Below, one piece after another: positions 47,401 through 59,575 of a DNA stretch of 64,000 nucleotides (position 1 is the stretch's first letter; each line of letters begins with the position of its first letter). Source of the stretch: Macrostomum lignano (Eukaryota); NCBI GenBank assembly GCA_002269645.1, contig NIVC01000109.1:1-64000 (forward strand). Direction: 5' to 3'. A model generated the notes under the pieces. It worked only from the letters and a program-made list of their open reading frames with translations, was not told the DNA's origin and did not search any database. Made by a program: the position numbers and the translations under genes.

Positions 47401-49664
47401 TGAGAATGCATCCAAGAACAAGCAGAAGTACATTGACACTTACACAGAACTGCAGGCAGCTCGCGACGAGCCGTTTCATCGAACAGTCCTGACTGGTTCA
47501 CCTGACACAAAATTGATGCTGAGCTTCCCCAGCTCCTGCTCACAGTCACTGAGAATGTGCTGCTTGAGTTCGTGCTCTGAAATGAGTCAGTTTTCACAGC
47601 TAAATGTCAGATCATTGTTGCCATGCACCCAATACACAGGTGCAACCATGGGTCAGTGTGAGACTCACTGATAGCAGCTGAAGCGCTGTGTTTCCATTTC
47701 GCTGTGACTGCACAGAGCAGCTGTGGCTGATTGGCATCCAGCAGCAACCCGGTGTGTCAGCTGTCAGATTGACGGCTGCTCCGTCTGTCCAGCTGGTGTT
47801 TGCGGGGAGCAGAAAGTGAGTGGTGCAGGGCTCTGGAAGGGTTTGAGTAGTGAGTGGTGCAGGGCTCTGGAAGGGTTTGAGTAGTGAGTGGTGCAGGGCT
47901 CTGGAAGGGTTTGAGTAGTGAATGGTGCAGGGCTCTGGAAGGGTTTGAGTAGTGAGTGGTGCAGGGCTCTGGTAGGGTTTGAGTAGTGAGTGATGCAGGG
48001 CTCTGGAAGGGTTTGAGTAGTGAGTGATGCAGGGCTCTGGAAGGGTTTGAGTAGTGAGTGGTGCAGGGCTCTGGAAGGGTTTGAGTAGTGAGTGGTGCAG
48101 GGCTCTAGAAGGGTTTGAGTAGTGAGTGGTGCAGGGCTGTGGAAGGGTTTGGGTAGTGAGTGGTGCAGGGCTCTGGAAGGGTTTGAGTAGTGAGTGGTGC
48201 AGGGCTGTGGAAGGGTTTGAGTAGTGAGTGGTGCAGGGCTATGGAAGGGTTTTAGTAGTGAGTGGTGCAGGAAAACTGATTGCCAGACTGACTCACTGGC
48301 GGACTGCACACCCAGTGTGTGCGAAGTGCCAATCGCAGTCCCACCACTGCAGCTGTGTTGGCACTTCAAATCCGCCCCGTGCATCCACATCCGCACTTTA
48401 AAAGTTCTCCGAATCAGAGAGCTGGCCGAGACCGCACTCTGAAATGTGAATTTTCACCTTTGCTGTTTGATTCCCATATCAGGTGCAAGCTCAAGTATTC
48501 TTAGTCGAAATTTTACCATATTTAAATACAAGAGATTGCTGCCGTTCCGCATTCTGATGCTGCAGTTTGATGCAGCAGGTGCTCTGCAGTTTTCTGGCAG
48601 CCGAGCTCGAATCATCACTTTCTCATTGAGCTTGAGCTGAGACAAGTCTTCCACAAAGCATCCGCTCTGATATTGCCTGCAGAAGTCAGCTGGAGAGCAA
48701 CCAGAGCTGCTGTCTCTGTTACGCTGAAAGCAGTCTCTTTTCTCAATTTCAAGCAGCACAAAGTTCATAATCTTGTCAGTCTGATTGGCTACGAACTTCC
48801 TCAGCAGCACATACTGCGCCATCTGCAATGCGATGCTGCAGCACTGCGAATTCCAATATTGAAAGAGTTGCAGCAACTGGGTGACAAACCTTGCCATCGG
48901 TCTCAGCTGAGCAGGTCACTTCATGCACCAAGTGCGACCTGAGTGAACTGCTGCTGTCATTCCTGGTGAAGCCGCAGTGTTGGAATCCGGACAGACTGTG
49001 ACTGAAATTGTCTGCAGTGCAGTTATGATCCAGACCATCTGGCTTCTCCTCACTGAGCAGCACTTCGATGCCCAGGGCTCTGTGGCTCTCTGAGAAAAGT
49101 TTAGTGGGAAAATCTGATTTCAAAATATTGTTCAGATTGATACTGAAATGTGAGTAGGACTCACCCTCCTGTCTCCCATAGACAGTGATGGAGCGCACTG
49201 GGACACTTCGGGTCAGCTTCAGTAGCAGCCACTGGTAGCCGGAGGGGTCCGGAGTGTCGGTGGTATGAAAATAGGTCCACTGCCTCGGCTTGTCCATTGA
49301 TCTGATGAAGCAGTCGCATTCTGGGTGATTGTAGATAGACGATTGCCAGGCATTGGCGATCTCAGCTCTGGAGACCTTGATGGCACAGCCTGTAAAGAGT
49401 TTTTTTAGAAATTGTAACTACTTAAAAAAGCAATTACTTAGTACTCGTAGTCAAAAACTCCAGACGTTGAGAATGTTAACAACAGACGTCTCACAGAAGG
49501 TAGAATTCACTCGAAGTTGAAGGAAGTCTGAGTAGTACTTTTAAAATAGTTTTCTGCCTGAAATCTCATCTTGCTTCCTACAGATTAGGATTTTTGACAG
49601 ACTCACAAAATCTCAAGCAGCACAAGCTGCATCCGAAAATCATCAGGATCAGCCGGCCGTCCAT
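44489..49664 (-). CDS. Type I membrane receptor: signal peptide, F-type lectin (FTP)-like domain, about 5 Ig-like domains, TM, cytoplasmic Tyr motifs (copy 1, multi-exon)
   Basis: Signal exon 49664-49607 (MDGRLILMIFGCSLCCLRF); FTP-like AWQSS...FHT...WLLLKL...ITVYGR...LSILEFAV; Ig segments with GGNPEP and GGSLECRV; TM LPVLFGLLSLLLLVAALSIYFY (exon 45084-44897); last exon 44632-44489. Internal exon boundaries are only partly resolved. Confidence 0.7.
44715..44830. repeat. 15-bp intronic tandem repeat (CAGCACCAGGGGCGC)
   Basis: Read directly. Confidence 0.9.
45370..45650 (-). mobile_element. SINE family B copy (intronic)
   Basis: Matches 60890-61253. Confidence 0.8.
45985..46250 (+). pseudogene. 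RTE-clade LINE reverse transcriptase C-terminal fragment
   Basis: SVIETVMLYNAET*TLTATLKGQLDSAHSGLL resembles the RTE motif ESVLLYGSETWTLT...RLD. Confidence 0.65.
47220..47375. repeat. 29-bp intronic tandem repeat (AACTGGTGAACTGGTTCCGCATTGGATCT), about 5 copies
   Basis: Same unit is expanded in the paralog at 58470-58925. Confidence 0.88.
47815..48270. repeat. 34-bp intronic tandem repeat (GAGTAGTGAGTGGTGCAGGGCTCTGGAAGGGTTT)
   Basis: Read directly; the paralogous array at 59340-59575 is shorter. Confidence 0.92.
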
Positions 49665-49937
49665 TGCAGTCTGCTAGGCCCCTACTCTACGATTTTTTCG
49701 TAGTGGAATTTGAGCAGAGCACTAGTTAGCGAGGGCTTCCAGAAGCTCAGCAATGGTGAATCAAGTAAGTTTAGGATCTTTACGAGCGTATAAAACTTTT
49801 CTTTGATAAGACTTAACCTGCATCAGCCGAAGACCGCAATCTTTTATTTTATATCCTAGAACTTAATCCCAGACTGCAACTGTTGTCCAATGAAATCTAA
49901 GCAGCCATTTTAATTGACATGTACAGGCAGGAATGTC

Positions 49938-52282
49938 TGTAGCAACCCTGATGCCCGTAGCTTGTATGACATGCTCCTGGTGTACATATGTTATGTACAT
50001 CCAATGTGCTTCCTCTGTACGCATTGTCAACTGCAGAGTCGCTGCTAAATACAAACTGAAATCGGTCACACGGAGTCGTACGTGGGTTGAAGACTATTTC
50101 GGTTCCACACGGCACACGGCTCTCTCTCGGCTTTACTCTCAGTGGCGTTATTATGGCAGCCAAATTTCTCTGACTGCCCCCACCTGAGTCATTCTCCGTG
50201 TCAGCAGACCTTCACAACGCGTTCAACCCCGGCTTGAAGATTTCATCGATGCGTCCATCAGGTATCGCCAACGAGAAGCAAAAGTAACTACCCAGCTACA
50301 CAGCAGGCACGGAAATCGCCGATATCATCCGCGAGGAGGCCAAGCCTGCTGCGACCACAGAGGACGGCCAAGTCACCCAAGCAACCTGCACTTCGGACAA
50401 ACTGTGCAAGCGGCTGCTTCAGGAGGCAAACATCAGTCTGGAGGAGGCCCTGCGGAACCCGAGGGCGTTCGAAGCTACTGAGGAACCGAGATGGAGAAGG
50501 CAGACTCGCACATGGCCAGCGTTGCCAAGGGCGACAAGGTGAGGACGAACCGGCGTGGCCCGGCTCAGATGAACAGCAGGCTCGGCGACAGCCGCAGCGC
50601 ACCTGCTACCGCTGCAGCGAGAAAGGCCCCCCATCTACAATGCAGCCAAGGGAAAGATCTGCCACAACTGCGGAAGGCCCAACCACCTTGCTCTTGCCTG
50701 CCGTCAGCCTCGGCAGTCAAACAGCAGTGAATTAGCACCAACGCTGTCTTTACAGCTGCCGCTGGCTCCATCAACGAGGACGTGTTCACCCTGTTCAACA
50801 GCGACAAATACCCCTCCGACGTCTCGCTGACTGTGCAGGTGACCTCTTATGATGATCGAGAGCGGAGCCAGCTGCAGCATCATGATCTCTGCACCTTCAG
50901 CACGCTCAGCCTGCCAAGTTCACTCCCTAAAATGGCCGAACTTGGCGCCGACGGGGTACCGACACCCATCAGGATTGTGGACCGCCGACCTTGAAATCAA
51001 AGTGGTAGCGGCCAGAACCATCGTGACCTTTCACATCATAGACGGCGAGGGCCTCTTCGTCCTATGCCGCACACAGGATGCGGCGATCGGAGTGAGGCAA
51101 CCACAGCCTTTAAGACCGATGGATATTCCGGACGGTGCCTGGCTGCTAGGAATGGATTTCTACTGCCCAGTGCAAGGCCAGATGCTCGACGACGGCGGGA
51201 AGCGTGATCCCCTACATGCGGAGGCTGTTCAGCAGATACGGCATCCCCATCAAGGTGGTCACCGACAACGGCCCACCGTTCTGCTCGGCAGCTTTTCGCA
51301 GCTTCCTCGCCTTGTACGGCATCCATCACCGCCTGATCTGCCCGCTGCACCCAGAATCCAACAGAGCGACGGAGCGAGTCAACCGCAGCGTCGGGAAAGC
51401 GATTCAGACGGCGCTGGCCGAAGGTCGGAACTGGTGGGAGGCCATCGGGGACTGGCTGCTGGCGTTCCGCACGATGCCACATCGAGCGACCGGCCGCGCA
51501 CCGGCGGAGCTCTTCATGGGCAGGACGATTAACGACGGCATCCCGACCATCAAACCTGCAAAGTTCGTCAATGTCAACCACGAAGAGGTTAAAGGCTGGA
51601 ACAAAAACCATGTCCAGAACAAGAAGGGACGGTTTGATGGCGGCACGGTTGTCAAGGAGCAAGGCCTCAGAGTTGGAAACAGAGTTTTGAGAAAGCGTCA
51701 ACCAAACAAACTGCAGCTGCCGTTTGAGCCACGTCCGTGGACAGTCAAGTAGGTCCAGGGGAGACACGTGTGTCCTGCAGCGTGGCGAGCAGTCCTACAT
51801 GCGCCAAGTCTCACAGCTGCGGTCCCTGGTCGACCTGCTACTGGTGCACCTGCCGTCTAGCCCGCCGACCTATCCAGCGGTAGCATCGCAACGCGAGAGC
51901 ACCCGAGACCTGCTGGAGATAGTGTGCTCAGCTAAAAACTGTGATTTTTTATTGCTTTGGTGTTTGAACTGAAAGCCAAGTAATTGTGTTTGTTTCTTTT
52001 GCTTTTTTATCCCCTGGAAATCTTTTCGGTTTGAGAAGAATTGGAGGTGCCCAGTTCCCAGTGCCCGGTAGCTTGTATGGTAATGATTCATGCTCCTGCT
52101 ATACATACGCTATGTACATCCAGTGTGCTTCCTCGCGTTGATTCCTCGGTGTTGAGTGTGCGCATTGTTAACTGCAGAGTCGCAGACACATAAAAATATA
52201 AATCGATCCTATGTGGTTTGAGGCTTTCTCGGTTCAGCACAATTCATAGCTCTCTCTCTCGCGGCTTTTCTCACTCTCTACA
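49938..52282 (+). mobile_element. Internally deleted Gypsy (Mag/K02A2.6-like) LTR element: diverged LTRs, gag knuckle and integrase core, no RT
   Basis: Similar LTRs at about 49938-50141 and 52048-52282; TGGCG after the 5' LTR; purine tract before the 3' LTR; KGKICHNCGRPNHLALAC; integrase YGIPIKVVTDNGPPF...ERVNRS (51204-51752). Confidence 0.75.
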
Positions 52283-52899
52283 GCATTGACCGCAGAAATT
52301 TTAGAAATGCAATTTAGAATTGCGGGCAAGCAAGCCCTGTTGCCTATACATTGTTCGTGTGTCAGGATGTTGACCACAAATGAAGACTGATGCATGGAAG
52401 TATATGGAGAAGCGAGTGTGACGAGATTTCTGCATTAGAAGTTAATTAGCAGGCCAAAAAATATTTATAAAGAAAACAGGTCAGGAAAATGGCTTACCAA
52501 GTTACTTCCTTCAGCGTTGCTTCTCCTTGATTATACGAGTCATCCATCAGCCTCTTCTTGAAGCACCTTGAGTCATCAGTTCGGGTGGTAGAGGACGCGG
52601 ACACGTCGAACAGCCCGTCTGTTCATTCCTTATCAGTTTCGTTTGTCTGCCTAAGAGCGTACGTGGTAGTAGATGATCAGCCCCTCAGTCAAGTCCTCGC
52701 AGCTTCGGACGAGCGTTAGCGTCGCAGTTGGACTGGCTAGCTTTTTCAGCGTGCTGCTGACTGTCTCTGTCATCTGCTGCCCAGTGGCAGCAGTCGTCGC
52801 ACTGAATAAGGCAGCATGATAGTCCGCAATGAATCAAGTGTATCAGCTAGTGTATCAATGTATCACCTGCATCAGTTGGTGTATTGGTGTTTGAACTGC

Positions 52900-53700
52900 C
52901 GCTTGGGATTAGCTCAATTGAGATGGATCGGCCTCGTCCCATGTCCGATCATTCTACAACATCAACGACGCTGGAGCTGAAGTAAGCCAAAGGCCCTCAG
53001 CTCCGACCAACTGCCCATACTTCTAAACTGGTTTGTCAATGTCAGCTGACATTCACCAACGCATGATCCAGGCAGCCCGACGAACCAATCAAAACCTATC
53101 ATGCACCACCCACAATCACGCGCTAGCCGACGAGGAATCCCAAATTGAGTGGGATTACCTCAGATCTGGAGATAACCCTGTGTAAGATACCGCATTCAAG
53201 CCACCAAGGAGAAGCAAGAAGCAAGTGTGAAGCGAACCTCTTGACTTACTGCGGGCCGGTACCGAGAGGACGTGTTTCTAACAAAGGCATAGCGCTAGTA
53301 GGCCCATCGTGAGTTCGAGTCTTATTTAAGACACGGATAAAGAAGCTTATAGACAGGACGGCCACCTCCAACCTGCGCCAAAGACAATGGCAAGGATCGT
53401 GAGCTTTTCTAAATTTCCATGCTACCAGTGGCAAGATGTGGAGCATCGCAAAACAAGTACTCGAAAATCAGACCACCCTTTGCAGATTCAAGTCACACCA
53501 ATAAGGCTCGTTTGCCTCGGAATACACCAGACACCAGAGTTGCCAGCTGTGCACCCCGGACTGACAACGAGCAAGGTACCTGCACCAAAAAGTCTCGCTT
53601 GGCGCTGTCGGTCATTAAGCATGTCTTCTACCACTCGCGCTAGGAGAGCATTTACTCGCAAATCTGGTGCTCAGCTCCCCTAACCCAGTGAGTTCAACTT
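52900..53700 (+). pseudogene. Degraded LINE fragment (end of APE endonuclease and downstream region)
   Basis: ALSSDQLPILL resembles the SDHLPI motif; remainder is disrupted. Confidence 0.4.
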
Positions 53701-54429
53701 CCTGCCTCGGCAAATAATGCATCCTGGCCATGAGCCTCTGGTACCGTCTTTAATCCAGGTGTGAGCTCAGCGACAGCGGCAAACTTTTGTCGGCCAGCTG
53801 GTGGATGAATGACCAGCTGGCTGCTCCGATGATCCCAAACTATCGAAGATAAAAACTTCAAGCAGAATTTTCAGAATTTTTAGGCATTAGCATCGACAGA
53901 ATGAGCATGGCACTTGACAAGTAAAAAACGGCTGTTATTCTTAACACACATTTTAGTATATTAGACACGAGAGACTTAAATATTATCAACTTTCCAATTT
54001 AGGAGCGTATTTTTTAACCTATACTGTACTGTTGTATTGCTAACAAAGTCTAAATTTGTAGTCGCAACAGGCATGACAAAAGAAAATTATTGGGAAATAT
54101 ATTTTTTTTCTTCAAAATTCTGTTTACATTTTTACTGTGCAATAAACAATGCTAGCTAAAAGGAAATGAAACCACAACGAGTGATAACCATCTTTAATGT
54201 TATTGAAAGCGTAGATCAACCGAGGACCGTGTTAAAAGTCGTTAGTCACAATACACCGCATAAGGTTTAAAAATTCAGGGATACAAACAGCATATGCTCT
54301 ACGCGGTATTTACACTTTAGTTTTCAGAGAACATCCCGCAGCTAGCCGCCCTCAAGTTTTGCACCCGTTGCTTTAATCGAAACCGCCATAAATTTCTCAA
54401 AGTCAGCATTCCGACCAATGCGGCTTCAA

Positions 54430-55030
54430 AAAAGTTCTATCATATGCACAGAGCCATGAATCTCGAAGACAGTGTTGTAGTGATGGGTGTCGCATCTGAA
54501 GCTACAGTTAGTTACTTCAAAAATGAGCATCGCTCTGGCCGCCGACCTTCGGAATCAGCTAAGCCCAAAAAATGCAGAGCTCCTGCGGCAGTTGGTGCAA
54601 TCAAACCATGGATCGGTGTTTACAATCCCGAAAATAAGCAGCAGTGGCACTTTCCCAAAGAAGAGCTTCATACGAAAGTCAAGAGGCCCAGGAGTTGTTG
54701 GCAAACAGATGGTGGTTGCTCAAAGTCTTTCAGGAGCTCCGCAACCAGCTCCCAAGAACCAAAACCGCGAAATTCTGTTGCATCACGATAACGCCTTCGC
54801 CCACACCCAAGCAGGAACTCCCTGGAATTTTTGGGCGCTAAGAGCGTCCATCTCGTAACCCACCAGCCCAATTCATGAGACCTCAACTACCTGCGACCGC
54901 TCGCTGTTCCAGAAAGACAAAAAGGAGCTAAAGGTCAGCGGTTCGAATCCGATGAATCCGAGACTGTTTTGTTGTGTTAAATCATGCATTCGTGTTGCCA
55001 GAGAGTACTTTAAACAGCTGTAGCTCGTAA
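54430..55030 (+). pseudogene. Degraded mariner transposase remnant
   Basis: EHRSGR, WIGVYNPENKQQW, ILLHHDNAFAHT, HQPNS*DL and KGQRFESDE spread across frames. Confidence 0.8.
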
Positions 55031-57748
55031 TTTTGTATTCCCATAGGTACATTATTACCATATTAGTATGACTTAAGAATTTCAGCACAGCTCTCGCAAC
55101 AGAATATCCTCAGGGATAATTTTCCGCATAGAAACTTATTCGCTTCCTTATAAATAAAAATCGAGTGAAGTGATCAGTCCTAATCAATAATTTGCTGTTC
55201 CTTATTGAAAAGCCTCTGAATAACAAAATAGCAAAAAAATGATAAAAACTCTGGAGTGAATATTTTCCGAGATAAACTTGTTTAAAAAATTAAACACATC
55301 ATTTTTTGAGAACAAAGTTCTGCTAGTCATCAAAAACAAATTCTCCGTTGCTTTGACAACCAAAATCGGTCATCATCGATGCAGGCATTGGTAGATGTAG
55401 CATTTAGCACCTTTTAGCGAAAACTTTCTATCGATAGTCTATTTGCTCTTATTCGCATAAATCATGAAGATAGCTTTCTTAGACAGAATTTCCTCTCAGG
55501 TATTTCATTCGCCATCATCAGGGACTTCGGCGATACATTACCATGGTCGCTTTGCAATCAAGGCGTCATTCGATATTACCTCTGCAATTCTTTGCATCTA
55601 TTTTAGAGATGAGGCATACTAACATAAATCAGGGTTCAGCCTTTGGGATTGATACGAATTGCTCCATCAAATGGCTTGCTTCATCTTCTACAAGTTCATA
55701 CATGTCTCGATTCCTCAAGGTGAGCTTTGCCTTGCCTTTGAACAAAGCAAAACAAATCTAAAACGCACCTTTAAATTCCAAAAAGTTTACAGGCAACCAA
55801 ACTAAAGCGATTCCACATCTGCCTTGATCGCCTTACAATGCCCCGCCCTACATATCCCATGACGTCACCAGCTCGCCGTGCTCGTCGATGTGTCCGATGA
55901 TCTTCTCGTAGATCGTCTCGAGACTGTCCGACAGACGGGGGGCCGACGGGTCGGGACTGACCACCGTGGCGTACTCCATGCGGGACAGGTCCTGGGGTAA
56001 ATTGAGATTTTCCGGTCAACATTGATTCAGAAGCCTAATTAAGCCTAAAAAACTAAGAGGTTAATTAGTTGCAGTACTCATGTGAAATGTAAAAGGTAAT
56101 CGAGGCACCAGTTTACGGAGAAGGTGGCTACTTCTGGAGCTGTGTCTTGGTGAATAGAGACGAATCTACAGATGTTTTGCAGATTCACGTGTTGACAATT
56201 GCATGCAAAAGTAGAATAGGCACTACTTTTGAAAAAAGGTGTCGTTTTGATAATCCTGCGTTGTACAAGTCTTATCATAGAGTATCGGTACGGCAAAGAA
56301 CTACTTAAACTGAATATTTGTAGCTTAACCTGTCCCAGATGAATGTTTAAGGCGTGCAGGTCACAGCTAGGATAATGCGACAAAAAGACAGACCTACCTT
56401 GTACAGGTAGTGTGACTTCCGAAACTCCAGCTCGAGTTCCAGAGATGAGGATCTGAGCCCGAGACGCTTGCGTGGCATGAAAATTGGCATCGCAACTGCT
56501 AAAAGCAGCAATGGTAGCAGGCCGAACAGAAAGAAAAAGAAACTCGCATCTCGTGAGCTACTAAATGGCTCGTCGGTTTCTGGCAGCTCTAAGGATCGAT
56601 GATTTACCAGAGCATATTTTTTACACAATTCTTTGTCTTTTAGATTAGGCAAGGACTAGAGCGACTCACCATTAAAATTCAAAGTCCAGTTGTACATTTT
56701 TGTGAAATTCACGTCTCCTCCTTCCTGCGTTACCACGCAGAGCAAGGTCAAGTTATCTTGATTTTGCACGCCATTTTCGTACGTCAGCGAGTGGGATGCA
56801 TTCTCGTGCAATGTCCCCGAATCCTGCAAGGTTCGAAGTCATCAACAGTGAACAGTAAATTAAAGAGTTCGAACTAAGAACACAGATTGAGAAGCTCCAC
56901 ACAGTTTCTCACAGAGCCAACAGAGTCCCCATTGATGTGGCACTGAGCACTGGCGCTCGGGTTGCCACTTGATAAGCTGAGCATTGCGTAATGGCAAGTT
57001 CCGTTGAAACCGGATGTCTGCAGACTGACGTTCGCCCGGTCTGAAGGGAAATTTAAGGAAATGAGGCGAACAACTTCTTTTAGTCAGGAAAATAGCAGCG
57101 TACATTGAATACTTACAAAATACAGACACAGTTTGCTGGAATTCCGAACTCAGGTCTTCAATTCCTTCCTGACAGACTCTGCACATCACAGAGCCACCGT
57201 GCATGCGCCATGTTGAGGTCAAACTAAAGTTAGTGCGGAGTTTATCATTTATCGAAATGGTTTTGATCATGCTGATATTGGCACCATCAGCGGTCCGCAG
57301 CCAGCACCGGTGACTCGGTTCAGGGTTGCCACCAACTGACCGAACTGAGACTGACACAGGCTCGCCCTCCTTCATCACCAGAGGCTGAGTTGCATTCCAT
57401 GAGCTGTTTGACGCGTCTGTTTTCGTGCAGGTGCGAGCATGGATGGTTAATTGTCTCAGCAATCTGAGTTGCTGATGGATCAGAGATGCTGAACTGCAAT
57501 CCACTCACATGACACATCGAGTTGCTCACTGCTGACAGACTGATTGAATACAAGTGTACCGTCTGTATGAGTCTGAGCGACCTGGCAGATGATTCTCATC
57601 TGGTTGTGGCTGGCCGATGCATTGAGTCGCCACACTGATGAAGCATTTGACTCAGATGGCTGCTGGGGAAGTCGGTAATTTATAAATTTATGCATAATTT
57701 TTGCATTGACAATTCACAGTGAGTAACTCACTCTAAGCTGTTCCAGAT

Positions 57749-58028
57749 GGACTGGCTAGCTTTTTCAGCGTGCTGCTGACTGTCTCTGTCATCTGCTGCC
57801 CAGTGGCAGCAGTCGTCGCACTGAATAAGGCAGCATGATAGTCCGCAATGAATCAAGTGTATCAGCTAGTGTATCAATGTATCACCTGCATCAGTTGGTG
57901 TATTGGTGTTTGAACTGCCGCTTGGGATTAGCTCAATTGAGATGGATCGGCCTCGTCCCATGTCCGATCATTCTACAACATCAACGACGCTGGAGCTGAA
58001 GTAAGCCAAAGGCCCTCAGCTCCGACCA
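57749..58028 (+). other. 280-bp copy of 52730-53009, flanked by a 271-bp direct duplication (57478-57748 and 58031-58301)
   Basis: Direct sequence identity read by eye. Confidence 0.88.
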
Positions 58029-58469
58029 GAGATCAGAGATGCTGAACTGCAATCCACTCACATGACACATCGAGTTGCTCACTGCTGACAGACTGATTGA
58101 ATACAAGTGTACCGTCTGTATGAGTCTGAGCGACCTGGCAGATGATTCTCATCTGGTTGTGGCTGGCCGATGCATTGAGTCGCCACACTGATGAAGCATT
58201 TGACTCAGATGGCTGCTGGGGAAGTCGGTAATTTATAAATTTATGCATAATTTTTGCATTGACAATTCACAGTGAGTAACTCACTCTAAGCTGTTCCAGA
58301 TTCGCTCCACCGATTGAGCAGAAGTGCTGAGCAGGCGGATTTCCTGTTTCCAGCGTCTGCAGGGTGACTTGAGCTTCTCTTCCACTGCGGATTCGTCCAG
58401 GAGGCAGCTTGATTGACAAGCCGGAGCTGCGGTCTGAAATGCAGTTCGGTATGGCAGTCAGGTGAGCTG

Positions 58470-58925
58470 CATTGGGTCTAACTGGCGAGCTGGTTCCGCA
58501 TTGGATCTAACTGGTGAGCTGGTTCCGCATTGGATCTAACTGGTGAACTGGTTCCGCATTCGGTCTAACTGGTGAACTGGTTCCGCATTGGATCTAACTG
58601 GTGAACTAGTTCCGCATTGGGTTTAAAAGGTGAACTGGTTCCGCATTGGATCTGACTGGTGAGCTGGTTCCGCATTGGGTTCAACTGGTGAACTGGTTCC
58701 GCATTGGATCTAACTAGTGAACTGGTTCCGCATTGGATCTAACTGGTGAACTGGTTCCTCATTGGATCTAACTGGTGAACTGGTTCCGCATTGGATCTAA
58801 CTGGTGAACTGGTTCCGCATTGGATCTAACTGGTGAACTGGTTCCGCATTGGATCTAACTGGTGAACTGGTTCCGCATTGGATCTAACTGGTGAACTGGT
58901 TCCGCATTGAATCCAACTGGTGAAC
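58470..58925. repeat. 29-bp intronic tandem repeat, about 16 copies
   Basis: Period 29 read directly. Confidence 0.92.
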
Positions 58926-59339
58926 TGGGAACATGCATCAAAGAACAAGCAGAAGTACATGGACACTTGCACAGAACTGCAGGCAGCTCACGACCAGCCG
59001 TTTCATTGAACAGTCCTGACTGGTTCACCCGACACAAAACGGATGCTGAGCTTCCCCAGCTCCTGCTCACAGTCACTGAGAATGTGCTGCTTGAGTTCGT
59101 GCTCTGAAATGAGTCAGTTTTCACAGCTAAATTTCAGATCATTGTTGCCATGCACCCAATACACAGGTGCAACCATGGGTCAGTGTGAGACTCACTGACA
59201 GCAGCTGAAGCGCTGTGTTTCCATTTCGCTGTGACTGCACAGAGCAGCTGTGGCTGATTGGCATCCAGTAGCAACCCGGTGTGTCAGCTGTCAGATTGAC
59301 GGCTGCTCCGTCTGTCCAGCTGGTGTTTGCGGGGAGCAG

Positions 59340-59575
59340 AAAGTGAGTGGTGCAGGGCTCTGGAAGGGTTTGAGTAGTGAGTGGTGCAGGGCTCTGGAAG
59401 GGTTTGAGTAGTGAGTGGTGCAGGGCTCTGGAAGGGTTTGAGTAGTGAATGGTGCAGGGCTCTGGAAGGGTTTGAGTAGTGAGTGGTGCAGGGCTCTGGA
59501 AGGGTTTGAGTAGTGAGTGGTGCAGGGCTCTGGAAGGGTTTGAGTAGTGAGTGGTGCAGGGCTCTGGAAGGGTTT
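59340..59575. repeat. 34-bp intronic tandem repeat (paralogous to 47815-48270)
   Basis: Read directly. Confidence 0.9.

Noticed and set aside
47764-48396. Pro/Thr-rich repeat (TTQTLPEPC) as a mucin stalk of the receptor
   Set aside because: The unit is 34 bp (not a multiple of 3), lies between a GTGAGT donor and an acceptor, and differs in copy number between paralogs, so it is intronic.
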